Positions 9,353 to 19,428 are shown, counted from the stretch's first letter. The stretch is 64,000 nt of DNA from Candidatus Caccoplasma sp. (GCA_045587545.1 JAZNCN010000021.1:6078-70077), one strand, 5' to 3'. The notes: generated by a model not told the origin, from the sequence alone. Program-made: numbers and translations.

Positions 9353-12160
9353 TCAATATTGCTCTTGCAAGTCGGCTTCGGCAGCCATAGAGCTCTCCCA
9401 AAATTCAAAATAATTTTCAAAGGTGTTACCCTGCATTAGCAAATTATAGTTTTCAGAACTTATCATTACCAAACGGACTCCTTCAGGTAACTGCATACCC
9501 TCTGGCGATTCTATTTTTTTACGATATAGCAATAGCTCTCGCAAATTTGCAAATCCACTTATTCTTAACATTCCCACACCTCCGGTTGTTGTTATGGCAA
9601 GGTCAAAATCTTTTATATAGAAATTTGTAAAATTGTATCGTGCAGCAAGGAATAGTATCTGATTGGCATCAATACTATCTGTCGCAAATACCATCAACAT
9701 TTCATGTGGCGAATCTTTATCCCATACAAATGGAGGCATTTCAATATCGCCTGCTATTGAATCGCCTACCGACTCTCCAATACCTAAACGCATTTTAAAA
9801 ATATCTTGCTTCGCAGTTCCCGATACAACCTTGCGTCCTTCTGCTACTCCCTTGAGCATTGATGTTGCCAATGGTGATACATCTTCCTCGGGATAAGTTT
9901 CAAGAAGTTTCTTTAATGCTGCTTTAAAGTTATCAATATCTCCTTCATTAACATATGCCAACGCATTCACCAACATAAATTTCGGCATAAGTTTTGACAA
10001 CGGGTATTTTTGAACAAATTTGTCATATTGGGTATGAACTGAACCATTTTCTCCATTTATAAATGCCTCATAAACCTGAATATAAAGAGAATCTTGTTCT
10101 ATATCCATTGTTCTTAGATTTGCCAAATAATTAGGATCCTTAAGAGCTTGTGCATATTTACTTTCGGGATATTCTTCTATAATTTTGCGACGATACTCTT
10201 CTGCTGTAAGATTGTCTTGAGCAATCATATTCATCAGATATATATTATAGTATGTATCCAACATATATTCGTTGTCAGGGTATGTACTCATCAAACGTTC
10301 AAAAACAGCCATGGCTGCATCAAAATCTTCAAGGTCGTTTTTGAGTATTACTCCCATATTATATAGTCCGTCGATAATCAACTCGTCAGACATAGCAATA
10401 TCTTCAGGTGTGCGAGGTAACTGTTGCAAATAGTATTGCGGATCTTTATTATCGGTTATGGGAGCATTTAAAGAATCGTTCATCGCCTCTACTTGGGCCA
10501 ATGAATCGGCTAATGCTTCAGCCTCTTCCTCTGCACCGTAATCATACTCTTCAAAATCAGACATTGAAAAGGCGGCTTTATTTATACGACGCCAATCATC
10601 TTCCAATTTTCGTTTTCCCCATCTCTTTTGGAAATCAGCTTTTCCTGTTGTAACTGTTGCCTTATTATAGAAATACCAACTTGAACTTTTACCTCCAATT
10701 TGCATTGCAGGAGCTGTAGGTGCTGTAGCATTTCCTACTAATGACTCTCCAAAAGAGGCATTCATGGCTGCCTGATTTGCCATATATTCTTGTCGCGCCT
10801 GCTCCTCTGCCAATAATCTCTCCTGCTCTTTAACCTCCTCAATCTTCTTCTCTATTATTTTCATTATCTCCTCTTCAGGCAGAGATGCCACATATCTTAA
10901 ACTATCCTGCATCTCAACTGTTGATGAGTGAATAACAAGATCATCAAGGACCTCTGACCTCTTAACTAGTACTGAATAATTGGGATAGTCCTCTTTTACC
11001 AAAGGAACTCCCTCGGCATAACATGGCTGAGCCTTGGTATATTTACGTTGAGCAAAATATATATTTCCGAGTGTTATCTGGTTTATAGCCTTTTCTATTC
11101 CATTACGAGTACTCTCTGAATTAGCCATTATATAGTAATCAACTGCTCGTGCGGTATCTCCTGCCGAAAGGTGTATATTTCCTATTGCATAGTATATTTG
11201 ATCAAGATACTCTTTGTTTTTAGATGCTCGTGTCATCTTTTTCAAACTCTTTATAACCTTGGCTGTATCCTGACCCGTCATAACCTCTGTCTTTTTTATA
11301 TGAGCATTAAACTCTGTACGATAGTCAGGGTTCATTGATATTACCTTTGAATAGGTATCGTAAGCCAATTTATTTTCACCAGTAGCTTGATATAACTGTG
11401 CTAATGCAAAAGTTTGACGTATCTTTTGGGACTTGTCCTTTTGCGATTTTATTGATACCTTCAGATGTGGTATCGCCTCCTCATATTCCTCTTTATTCAT
11501 ATGGTATTGGGCTGTAGCCATAGCTAAAGCACCACTCAACTTTGAAGGTATTGAGTCAAGCGAAATTTTATGTTTTACATCTTCTGCCTCATACAGCCAG
11601 CCCAACTCGGTATAACAACGCATAAGCCAAATTCGAGCCTCTTTTACAATTTCATCTAACCAACTAAAATGGCGTATTATATATGTAAATGTTGATGATG
11701 CCTCAAGAAACTCTCCTTGATAAAATTGTGATTTTGCTATCATCAGCCATGCATTGTGAATATATGGATTAAACTCCTCTCGGTTAAGGAATGCTCTATA
11801 TTTAGGGTCAGAAGCCTTTTTGGGATCTCTTTTTGGTTTTTTCTTTATCGAGTGTAATTGTATAGCCTTTTTGCCTTTATCGATAGGCAGTTTAAAATCA
11901 CCAGACGGCTTACTCTCCTTCTCGTTTGAATATGCACTTACAGGGTGTAGATGAACAATATCGGTAAAATCATCTTGGAAAGTTCCCTGCATACTCTTTA
12001 GCGACTCTTTATAAGCCTCGTTTCCATTAAAATAGACATTAAAACGTGTAGTAAGCCCATGGTAAAAACGTGTAGCCCTTGTATTCTTTTTTGTAGAACA
12101 CGCAATCATCATCAATAGAGATATTGATACTACTAATATTTTTACTACACTCTTTTTCAA
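9353..12160 (-). CDS. porW: TPR-repeat lipoprotein, PorW/SprE-like T9SS component
   Basis: 935 aa with a lipoprotein signal (LLMMIACSTKK). The N-terminus RFYHGLTTRFNVYFNGNEAYKE resembles the SprE/PorW N-terminus as I recall it. Multiple TPR-like repeats are present, and the gene lies immediately upstream of porX. Confidence 0.6.
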   Translation of the reverse strand: MKKSVVKILVVSISLLMMIACSTKKNTRATRFYHGLTTRFNVYFNGNEAYKESLKSMQGTFQDDFTDIVHLHPVSAYSNEKESKPSGDFKLPIDKGKKAIQLHSIKKKPKRDPKKASDPKYRAFLNREEFNPYIHNAWLMIAKSQFYQGEFLEASSTFTYIIRHFSWLDEIVKEARIWLMRCYTELGWLYEAEDVKHKISLDSIPSKLSGALAMATAQYHMNKEEYEEAIPHLKVSIKSQKDKSQKIRQTFALAQLYQATGENKLAYDTYSKVISMNPDYRTEFNAHIKKTEVMTGQDTAKVIKSLKKMTRASKNKEYLDQIYYAIGNIHLSAGDTARAVDYYIMANSESTRNGIEKAINQITLGNIYFAQRKYTKAQPCYAEGVPLVKEDYPNYSVLVKRSEVLDDLVIHSSTVEMQDSLRYVASLPEEEIMKIIEKKIEEVKEQERLLAEEQARQEYMANQAAMNASFGESLVGNATAPTAPAMQIGGKSSSWYFYNKATVTTGKADFQKRWGKRKLEDDWRRINKAAFSMSDFEEYDYGAEEEAEALADSLAQVEAMNDSLNAPITDNKDPQYYLQQLPRTPEDIAMSDELIIDGLYNMGVILKNDLEDFDAAMAVFERLMSTYPDNEYMLDTYYNIYLMNMIAQDNLTAEEYRRKIIEEYPESKYAQALKDPNYLANLRTMDIEQDSLYIQVYEAFINGENGSVHTQYDKFVQKYPLSKLMPKFMLVNALAYVNEGDIDNFKAALKKLLETYPEEDVSPLATSMLKGVAEGRKVVSGTAKQDIFKMRLGIGESVGDSIAGDIEMPPFVWDKDSPHEMLMVFATDSIDANQILFLAARYNFTNFYIKDFDLAITTTGGVGMLRISGFANLRELLLYRKKIESPEGMQLPEGVRLVMISSENYNLLMQGNTFENYFEFWESSMAAEADLQEQY

Positions 12161-12191
12161 TTATATATCACTTTATTATAAAGTACGTCTT

Positions 12192-13019
12192 TTATAATGT
12201 TTTATTGTATCTTCTTTTCTTAAGAATTTGATACACAATCCTTGCAATCAGATATATTGATGCAAAGACAAATACTATTGTTGCTCCTGTAGGGATATTT
12301 ATAAATGTTGATAAAACTAAACCTACCACACCCCCTAATACCGCAAGCAGAGATGAATATACAGATATTTTATTATAACTATGTGTATATATCTCAACGC
12401 TCATTTGTGGCAATGATAGGAAAGAGAGCAATAGCATAATACCTACAAGCCTAATAGATAATATTATACTCAACGATATGATTATTATTGCCAAATACTC
12501 CACACATCGCACATTCACCCCCTTGGTATAAGCAAAATCTCGGTCAAAAGCAGTATAAACTATCTTTTTATTATATATATAAAAGAGAGTTATAACAGAT
12601 ATAGCAAATATTGAATAAATAATAAGTTCACCCCTTGTAACCGTTAATATATTACCAAAAAGAAAACTTGTTAAACCTGCATTGTAACTTGGAGTTATAA
12701 ACACAAATATTATACCCAGCGCCATACCCAATGCCCAAAAAACTGCAATAGCCGAGTCCTCTCTTACTTTTCCCCCTCTTGATATTAATTCAACGCCAAA
12801 AGCTGAAGCCAATGCGAATAACAAGGCTGTAATCATAGGAGATACACCTAAAAACATTCCTAATCCTAAACCTCCAAATGAACTATGTGTTATACCCCCT
12901 GTTATAAACAACATACGACGAGAAACTATGTATGTGCCTACAATGCCCGAGACTACAGCAATCAATAATATTGCCACAAATGCATTAATAAAAAAAGAAT
13001 ATTGAACTATATCCATCAT
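12192..13019 (-). CDS. Metal (Zn/Mn/Fe) ABC transporter permease, ABC-3 family
   Basis: 275 aa, polytopic, with a ZnuB/TroD-like composition (GGITHSSFGGLGLG...). The partner ATPase and binding protein lie 18 kb away, at 31076-32558. Confidence 0.8.
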   Translation of the reverse strand: MMDIVQYSFFINAFVAILLIAVVSGIVGTYIVSRRMLFITGGITHSSFGGLGLGMFLGVSPMITALLFALASAFGVELISRGGKVREDSAIAVFWALGMALGIIFVFITPSYNAGLTSFLFGNILTVTRGELIIYSIFAISVITLFYIYNKKIVYTAFDRDFAYTKGVNVRCVEYLAIIIISLSIILSIRLVGIMLLLSFLSLPQMSVEIYTHSYNKISVYSSLLAVLGGVVGLVLSTFINIPTGATIVFVFASIYLIARIVYQILKKRRYNKTL

Positions 13020-13021
13020 CT

Positions 13022-13435
13022 CTACCGTTGTATACGTCTTTCTGAAACAACCAATAAAACCTCATCTCTAATAGATAGTGGAAGTTCAATGCCTCTCAAA
13101 CACAAACTGCGTACCCAACCGGCAACTTCATCGCTCTGCAATGTATAAAATACCTCTTCAAATGCCGATACTGCAATTTGGTCATACTCTTCACATGGCA
13201 CTCCTTTATATGCATCTAATTCATAATCGTCGTAATATTCAATCTTACTACTAACGCCTGTCAACAACGAATCCTTTTCGCATGTCTCGTGCATTCCACA
13301 ACATTCGGAATCAACTTTCTTGGCCTTTGCCTCTTCCTCTTTTGTTCGCTTTCCTATTGTGGTATAGCGCGACACGAGGGCTGCTGTAATACCCAAAACA
13401 AGAATTGCTCCTATGATTATACAAACTGCTAACAT
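13022..13435 (-). CDS. Membrane-anchored Cys-rich hypothetical protein
   Basis: 137 aa. It has one N-terminal TM helix, a Lys/Glu linker, the motif ECCGMHETCEKD and an acidic C-terminal domain. It overlaps aroA by 7 nt and ends 2 nt before the permease gene. I recognise no family. Confidence 0.45.
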   Translation of the reverse strand: MLAVCIIIGAILVLGITAALVSRYTTIGKRTKEEEAKAKKVDSECCGMHETCEKDSLLTGVSSKIEYYDDYELDAYKGVPCEEYDQIAVSAFEEVFYTLQSDEVAGWVRSLCLRGIELPLSIRDEVLLVVSERRIQR

Positions 13436-14652
13436 TCTTCTACTATAAATCCTGCTTTAGATAAATCGGTCCAAAATGAGGGATACGATTTAGTTACAAC
13501 CGTTGCATTGCATATCTCTAATCGGGGAAATATAAAAGATGCTAAAGAAAACGACATAGCCATACGATGGTCGTCGTAAGTGGCAATGCTTATATTCTCT
13601 TCGGGCAATACTTTTTCTCCATTCCACGAAAGAGCGCCCTCTTCTGATGCGTCCAAAACATATCCAAGTTTCTTCATCTCCTCAACAAGAGCCGCAATCC
13701 TGTCAGTCTCCTTTATTCTCAACGACTGCAAGCCTGTTAATTTAAATGGTATATCTTTTAATGCTGCGGTTACAACTATTGTTTGCGCTAAATCGGGAGT
13801 ATCTGTTAAATCTGCCTCATAGAGTTTACGAACAGCATTGCACTTTCTTAATGCAATATAGCCATCGTTATACTCTGTTGCAACGCCCAAAGGAGAGAAG
13901 AGCGATGCTACTTTTGAATCGCCCTGAATACTATCATTATCCAATCCTTCCAATATAATATCGGCATCATTTGAGAGAGCCACAAATCCATACCAATAAG
14001 ATGCTGCCGACCAATCGGCTTCTATCCGGTATGGAATGGGGTTATATCTTCCCGATGGCACAGTTATAACATTGTCTTTTACGGTAGCCGATACCCCATA
14101 ACGAGCCATAAGGGCAAGAGTCATTTTTATATAAGGGAAAGATATTATATCGCCTGTCAATATCAGTTTAAGACCATTCTCCATATATGGCGCAATCATA
14201 AGTAACGCTGATACATATTGAGAACTTACTCCTCCGTTAAGCTCAATAACTCCTCCTTTTAATAGGCGTCCTCGTATCTTTAATGGCAAAAATCCCTCTC
14301 GCTCAACATACTCTATATCTGCTCCTATTTTGCGTAAAGCATCAACCAATACGGCTATGGGTCGTTGTTTCATACGTTCCGACCCTGTTAATATATGCTC
14401 GCCTGCAAGCATTGAAAGGTATGCTGTAGCAAAACGTGTGGCAGTACCTGCAGCTCCTGTGTCAATAACACTCTCTTTTGCAGATAAAGCTCTTTGCATC
14501 ATCTCCGAGTCGTCACAAACAGCCACATTCTCAGGAGAGATTTTACTTTCGGCTAATTTATTAAGCAACAACACCCTATTGCTGATACTCTTTGAGTATG
14601 GCAAATTCATATCTCCTCGTATGCTAAGGGGTGCTGTAAGTTTTATATTCAT
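13429..14652 (-). CDS. aroA: 3-phosphoshikimate 1-carboxyvinyltransferase (EPSP synthase)
   Basis: 407 aa. LPYSKSISNRVLLL, GAAGTATRF and RIKETDRI are EPSP synthase motifs. Confidence 0.9.
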   Translation of the reverse strand: MNIKLTAPLSIRGDMNLPYSKSISNRVLLLNKLAESKISPENVAVCDDSEMMQRALSAKESVIDTGAAGTATRFATAYLSMLAGEHILTGSERMKQRPIAVLVDALRKIGADIEYVEREGFLPLKIRGRLLKGGVIELNGGVSSQYVSALLMIAPYMENGLKLILTGDIISFPYIKMTLALMARYGVSATVKDNVITVPSGRYNPIPYRIEADWSAASYWYGFVALSNDADIILEGLDNDSIQGDSKVASLFSPLGVATEYNDGYIALRKCNAVRKLYEADLTDTPDLAQTIVVTAALKDIPFKLTGLQSLRIKETDRIAALVEEMKKLGYVLDASEEGALSWNGEKVLPEENISIATYDDHRMAMSFSLASFIFPRLEICNATVVTKSYPSFWTDLSKAGFIVEEC

Positions 14653-14661
14653 ATTAATCTA

Positions 14662-15744
14662 TTATTTAACAATAGTGTTTTGTCCAACCTCCTTTATTGC
14701 TCCGGTATTGGGGTGCAATATCAAATATGCGGGTTGCTTTTTATCAACAAACAATTTGGGAGCCAAACCAAATTTTATACCAAATTGTGTTAATTGGACT
14801 CTCTTTTCATCAAGAGTTTTACCTTGATATTTTAACGACATTAATGCTTCGCCCGGAATATTATATATAATAGAGTTTTCGGGTAAAACTATCGGATTAC
14901 CTTTAGCATCTAATGGAGCTGTAGCTCTGACCACATTGCTTAACGATATATAAATAGGCTCTCCACTTAAATTATCAGCTCCAACCAATCCCTCTATCTC
15001 TGATATACGTGCAACAACTACATCTTCACACTCCCCTTGAGGAATCCATCTAACACGTACACTTTTTTTCTGAGTAGTTGTTGTTCCTGTAAACATTACA
15101 GAGAGACGATTTTCTTGTTCGTCAAGTTGTTGTAACATAAGTTTAAGAGCTTCACCATCAAACTTCTGGTCAGATTCTCCTGTAATTATATCGGTACGGC
15201 TCTCCCTTATCCTATAAATCTGTTTTGCAGCCAACTCAGCCATACGAATATTAGAGCCTGACAACAACATCTCCTCTGTAAATGCCAACGAATATGTATT
15301 ATCTTCAAGAGGTGATTTTTGTACTTTCACAACATTCTCCTCTTTTAGCTCTTCATCAAATTGAGGTTCAGCATTAACAGCCATTAAAATGCCCTCTTCA
15401 TTAACATAGATATATGGCGACTCGGCACTCTTCAATTGAATAGCATAATATATATCTTTATCAGGGAGACTTGATACTGTAGCCGAAATACTTACTACCT
15501 CCCATTTATTAGAGTTCTCTGAAACTTTTGCCGGTACTCCAAGATATTTTTGAGAATAATTGGCATACGGCCCTGCCGTTTTTTGAGTCTGCTTTAACTC
15601 AATATCAATATCTATTACCGTTTTTGGCAAAATATACGATACTGTATAATCATTGAATTTACCTGCCATCTGCTTCCCGCTTTCAGATGAATAAGTTGCG
15701 ATAGAAGAGATTAATAAAATTGTTGCTATAGCTATACGTTTCAT
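14662..15744 (-). CDS. Secreted hypothetical protein (possibly DUF4831-like)
   Basis: 360 aa with a signal peptide (MKRIAIATILLISSIATYSS) and no catalytic motif that I recognise. The DUF name is a recollection only. Confidence 0.45.
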   Translation of the reverse strand: MKRIAIATILLISSIATYSSESGKQMAGKFNDYTVSYILPKTVIDIDIELKQTQKTAGPYANYSQKYLGVPAKVSENSNKWEVVSISATVSSLPDKDIYYAIQLKSAESPYIYVNEEGILMAVNAEPQFDEELKEENVVKVQKSPLEDNTYSLAFTEEMLLSGSNIRMAELAAKQIYRIRESRTDIITGESDQKFDGEALKLMLQQLDEQENRLSVMFTGTTTTQKKSVRVRWIPQGECEDVVVARISEIEGLVGADNLSGEPIYISLSNVVRATAPLDAKGNPIVLPENSIIYNIPGEALMSLKYQGKTLDEKRVQLTQFGIKFGLAPKLFVDKKQPAYLILHPNTGAIKEVGQNTIVK

Positions 15745-15746
15745 AA

Positions 15747-17270
15747 TTATCTCATATTATTGTAGGAATGTAACTTTTTAAATGCTCTTCCCAAGTTTTT
15801 AATAATATCTGTTGCCAATAGAGACTCTTGCGATTCCTCTTCAAGAGCTAAATCTCCTGCCATTCCATGCAAGAATACTCCAAGAACTGCAGCATCTGAT
15901 GGAGCATAGTTTTGAGCTATCAAACCAGAAATTATTCCGGTTAATACATCGCCACTACCGGCGGTTGCCATACCCGGATTTCCGGTGCTGTTAAAGCATA
16001 TCTCACCTGTTGGTTTTATGACTGCAGTGTTGGCTCCTTTCAAAACAATTGTTATTTCATGCTCAACAGCAACCTGTTTAGCTTTAAGTAGTCGCTGATA
16101 CATAGTTTCGCTTGCCCCAAACAGACGATCAAACTCATATTTATGTGGAGTTATAACCGAGAATTGCGGAACTTTTGCAAACATTCCTTTTGTTTCGGCT
16201 ATAATATTCAAGGCATCTGCATCTATAACCAATGGCACATTAGCTTTGTTTAAAAGATAGTTAAGAGCCTCTACCGTATCGCGATGACGCCCCAATCCCG
16301 GACCAATTGCCACAACATTATGCCATTTTGATAACGAACAATTTGTAACCCTGTTCATATTTGAGTCGGCAATAAACATAGCCTCAGGAACCGCAGTTTG
16401 CAAAATCTCTTCGCCACAAGCTGCCGTATGAACGCTTACCAAACCTGCTCCCGAACGTAAAGCCGCCTTTGAAGCCATTACTGCAGCTCCCATCATACCT
16501 GTTGCTCCAGCAACAAGTAACATGTGCCCATATTGGCGTTTATCGGCATATTTATCTCGTCGTTTTAATAGTTTTACAGCATCTTCGGGCTCAATGTAGT
16601 ATAGCGGAGTCTCCTTCTCCTCTATTATTTCGGGAGATATTCCAATATCGGCAATTCGCCACTCCCCTACATATTGAGCATTCTCCTCAAGCATAAATGC
16701 AAGTTTGGGGTATTGAAACGAAACTGTAATATTTGCCTTAACAACCCCTCTATAATCGTTTTTTGAGTTATCCTCTGCAAACAAACCCGAAGGCATGTCA
16801 ATAGAGAGAACCGATGCTCCCGATTCATTGATATATTGTGCCAAAGAGACATATCCTCCAACCAAAGGGCGATTAAGCCCTACACCAAACAATCCGTCAA
16901 CTATCAGAGTATTTGATGTTATTTCAGGAGGAATAAAAGTTAATATAACCTCTTCGGCTTTAATCTCCCTCTCTTTTAAAAGGTCAAAGTTTTTTTGACA
17001 ATTTACAGATGCAGAGCGTGTAGGATTAAAGAAATATACCGATACCGCATAACCCTCATCTGATAACATTCTGGCAACAGCCATTGCATCGCCACCGTTA
17101 TTACCCGGACCTGCAAAAACAACCACCGGAGTATTACGGCGCCAACGCGAAATTATCTCGTATGTAACTGCCGAAGCGGCACGTTCCATAAGGTCATAAT
17201 AGCTTATCGACTCCTTATCTACCGTATATTCGTCTAACTCTTTATTATCTTTTGCGCTGAATATCTTCAT
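15747..17270 (-). CDS. nnr: Bifunctional NAD(P)H-hydrate repair enzyme Nnr (epimerase + ADP-dependent dehydratase)
   Basis: 507 aa. The N-terminal YjeF_N motif is FAGPGNNGGDAMAVARML. The C-terminal kinase-fold dehydratase motifs are GPGLG and GSGDVLTGIISGL. Confidence 0.9.
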   Translation of the reverse strand: MKIFSAKDNKELDEYTVDKESISYYDLMERAASAVTYEIISRWRRNTPVVVFAGPGNNGGDAMAVARMLSDEGYAVSVYFFNPTRSASVNCQKNFDLLKEREIKAEEVILTFIPPEITSNTLIVDGLFGVGLNRPLVGGYVSLAQYINESGASVLSIDMPSGLFAEDNSKNDYRGVVKANITVSFQYPKLAFMLEENAQYVGEWRIADIGISPEIIEEKETPLYYIEPEDAVKLLKRRDKYADKRQYGHMLLVAGATGMMGAAVMASKAALRSGAGLVSVHTAACGEEILQTAVPEAMFIADSNMNRVTNCSLSKWHNVVAIGPGLGRHRDTVEALNYLLNKANVPLVIDADALNIIAETKGMFAKVPQFSVITPHKYEFDRLFGASETMYQRLLKAKQVAVEHEITIVLKGANTAVIKPTGEICFNSTGNPGMATAGSGDVLTGIISGLIAQNYAPSDAAVLGVFLHGMAGDLALEEESQESLLATDIIKNLGRAFKKLHSYNNMR

Positions 17271-17537
17271 ATTAACGTTTTTATCAAAACAACATTCCTG
17301 CAGGTGTAAAGATAATTTTTTTTATCAGTATAAAAAAATAATTTATAAAGTTGTTTCTATTTTTAAGAATTTATTCAAAATCAAAAAGGGGGAACATTTT
17401 TTTGGAGGTATCGTTTCATTAGATTATCTTCGCAGAGTAAATTGCCGTAGTTTGTTTTATTAGGTAACAATATGGCATTTGCCTATTGATTATAGCAATA
17501 TATAAAATTTGAAAAACAACATAAAACTCAAAAGAAA

Positions 17538-18119
17538 ATGGAAAAGATGCTTAACATCGTTATCTTTGGCGCACCCGGTTCAGGCAAAGGAACTCAAAGC
17601 GAGAATTTAATAGAAAAATATGGTCTTGCTCATATCTCAACCGGTGATGTTTTAAGAGCTGAAATTAAAGCCGGTACTGAACTCGGAAAAGTTGCCGATA
17701 GTTTCATTTCAAAAGGGCAGTTGCTTCCCGACGAACTGATAATTGACATTCTTGCCGATACTCTTGATAAAAAAGAGAAGACCAAAGGTGTTATATTTGA
17801 CGGATTCCCACGTACCATTCCACAAGCCGAAGCCCTTAAAAAGATGTTGGCAGAGAGAGGCATGGAGATATCAATTGTTATAGGATTGGAAGTTGCTGAA
17901 GAGGAGCTAATTGACCGTCTTCTAAAACGCGGACAGGCAAGTGGACGTAGCGATGATAACATTGATACCATAAAGAGCCGTTTGGTAGTTTACAATAACC
18001 AGACAAACCCTTTGAAAGAGTTTTATATAAAAGAGAAACTTTACGCAGGAATTAAGGGAGAAGGAACAATTGACGGCATTTTTGCCGACATCAAAAAGGC
18101 TATTGCCCTATTAGACTAA
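17538..18119 (+). CDS. adk: Adenylate kinase
   Basis: P-loop GAPGSGKGTQ, plus ISTGDVLRAE and FDGFPRT. The start may instead be the Met at 17547 (MLNIVIFG). Confidence 0.95.
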   Translation: MEKMLNIVIFGAPGSGKGTQSENLIEKYGLAHISTGDVLRAEIKAGTELGKVADSFISKGQLLPDELIIDILADTLDKKEKTKGVIFDGFPRTIPQAEALKKMLAERGMEISIVIGLEVAEEELIDRLLKRGQASGRSDDNIDTIKSRLVVYNNQTNPLKEFYIKEKLYAGIKGEGTIDGIFADIKKAIALLD

Positions 18120-18141
18120 CCAACTAAGATAATCTGGATTT

Positions 18142-19290
18142 ATGGCGGAATCGAATTTCGTAGATTACGTTAAGATATATTGTCGCTCGGGACGAGGAGG
18201 TGCAGGTTCGGCTCATCTTCGTCGCGAGAAGTTTGTGGCAAAAGGCGGACCCGACGGAGGCGACGGCGGACGTGGCGGTCATATAATTTTACGTGCAAAC
18301 CGAAACTATTGGACACTGCTTCACCTTAAATACTCTCGCCACGTTTTTGCAGGCAACGGAGAGAGCGGAAGCAAAGCTCGCAGTTTTGGTAAGGACGGAG
18401 AGGACAAGGTTATTGAAGTGCCCTGCGGAACAGTCGTGTTTGACGCAGATACAGGCAAATATCTTTGCGAAGTTACCGACGACGGAGAGGAGAAGATACT
18501 TCTTAAAGGTGGTCGCGGAGGATTGGGCAACTGGCACTTTAGAACTGCTACAAACCAAACCCCACGCTTTGCACAACCGGGAGAAGATGCTCAAGAGCTA
18601 ACCATTATTCTTGAGTTAAAACTTCTTGCCGATGTAGGTTTGGTTGGTTTCCCAAATGCAGGAAAATCGACTCTGTTGAGTGCCGTATCGGCAGCAAAAC
18701 CTAAGATTGCCGACTATCCTTTTACAACTCTTGAACCGAACTTGGGTATTGTTTCGTGTAGCGACAGCCGTTCGTTTATAATGGCAGACATTCCCGGTAT
18801 TATTGAGGGCGCAGGCGAAGGCAAAGGATTGGGATTGAGATTTTTGCGACATATTGAGCGCAACTCTCTCCTACTCTTTATGATACCTGCCGACGCAAAA
18901 GACATTGCCAAGGAGTATGAAATTTTGCTTAAAGAGTTAGAGACCTTTAACCCCGAACTTTTGGATAAAGGGCGAGTTATTGCAGTTACCAAATGCGATA
19001 TGCTTGACGATGAGCTTACCGAAGCAATTAAAGCAGAACTTCCGAAAGATATTCCTTCGGTTATGATTTCGTCCGTTACAGGACAGAACATAAATGAACT
19101 TAAAAATATTTTGTGGGATATTCTTAATAGCGAAGAGAACCGCATAACAACCATTACACACCGCAACCTCGATGTTAATCGTAAACGTAACGAAGAGGAC
19201 GATTATGATTTGGAACTTGACCAATTTGCCTCAGATGATGACGAAGAGGAGGTTGACGGTTTCTACTACGAAGAGGATTGGGAAGAGTAG
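18142..19290 (+). CDS. obg: GTPase Obg/CgtA
   Basis: The Obg fold is [26 protein letters not shown] and [12 protein letters not shown]-domain motifs are [21 protein letters not shown] and TKCD. The C-terminal tail is acidic. Confidence 0.95.
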   Translation: MAESNFVDYVKIYCRSGRGGAGSAHLRREKFVAKGGPDGGDGGRGGHIILRANRNYWTLLHLKYSRHVFAGNGESGSKARSFGKDGEDKVIEVPCGTVVFDADTGKYLCEVTDDGEEKILLKGGRGGLGNWHFRTATNQTPRFAQPGEDAQELTIILELKLLADVGLVGFPNAGKSTLLSAVSAAKPKIADYPFTTLEPNLGIVSCSDSRSFIMADIPGIIEGAGEGKGLGLRFLRHIERNSLLLFMIPADAKDIAKEYEILLKELETFNPELLDKGRVIAVTKCDMLDDELTEAIKAELPKDIPSVMISSVTGQNINELKNILWDILNSEENRITTITHRNLDVNRKRNEEDDYDLELDQFASDDDEEEVDGFYYEEDWEE

Positions 19291-19344
19291 TTGTTAGACA
19301 TATTAGTCTAATTGGACTAATTAGACCAATTAGGCATATAAGAT

Positions 19345-19379
19345 AAACGGAGTTGCACACATGAAGTGCAACTCCGTTT
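19345..19379. terminator. 14-bp hairpin between convergent obg and the GH85 gene
   Basis: AAACGGAGTTGCAC (19345-19358), a 7-nt loop, then GTGCAACTCCGTTT (19366-19379). The stem is perfect. There is no strong U-tract on either side. Confidence 0.55.
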
Positions 19380-19383
19380 AAAG

Positions 19384-19428
19384 TAACAACTAAGGTGCGT
19401 AGCACCGTACAACTAAAAACTAACAACT
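19384..19428. repeat. 45-bp direct repeat, copy A (3' region of the GH85 gene)
   Basis: TAACAACTAAGGTGCGTAGCACCGTACAACTAAAAACTAACAACT. It is 43/45 identical to 23396-23440. It contains a 5-bp stem/3-nt loop hairpin (19394-19406) and three ACAACT words. Confidence 0.9.

Noticed and set aside
9345-9401. N-terminal extensions in the ORF track for porX (to 9401), the ZnuA-like gene (32559-32606) and the LysM hydrolase (44095-44172)
   Set aside because: The extensions overlap neighbouring genes and encode non-signal, non-conserved-looking peptides. Internal Met codons give canonical N-termini: a receiver domain, a lipoprotein signal and a signal peptide.
14330-14827. 165-aa + strand ORF overlapping the start of aroA and the end of the next gene
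   Set aside because: It is antisense to two well-supported genes and spans their junction. It has no recognisable motifs.
17271-17537. 267-bp divergent nnr/adk spacer, and other spacers over 250 bp (23180-23443, 25622-25878, 38605-38869, 59657-59964), scanned for tRNA, riboswitch or sRNA genes
   Set aside because: I saw no tRNA-like T-arm/acceptor pattern (GGTTCGAATCC type), no conserved riboswitch cores that I recognise, and no strong structures other than the hairpins already listed. A covariance-model scan (tRNAscan-SE or Infernal/Rfam) would be needed to exclude them properly.
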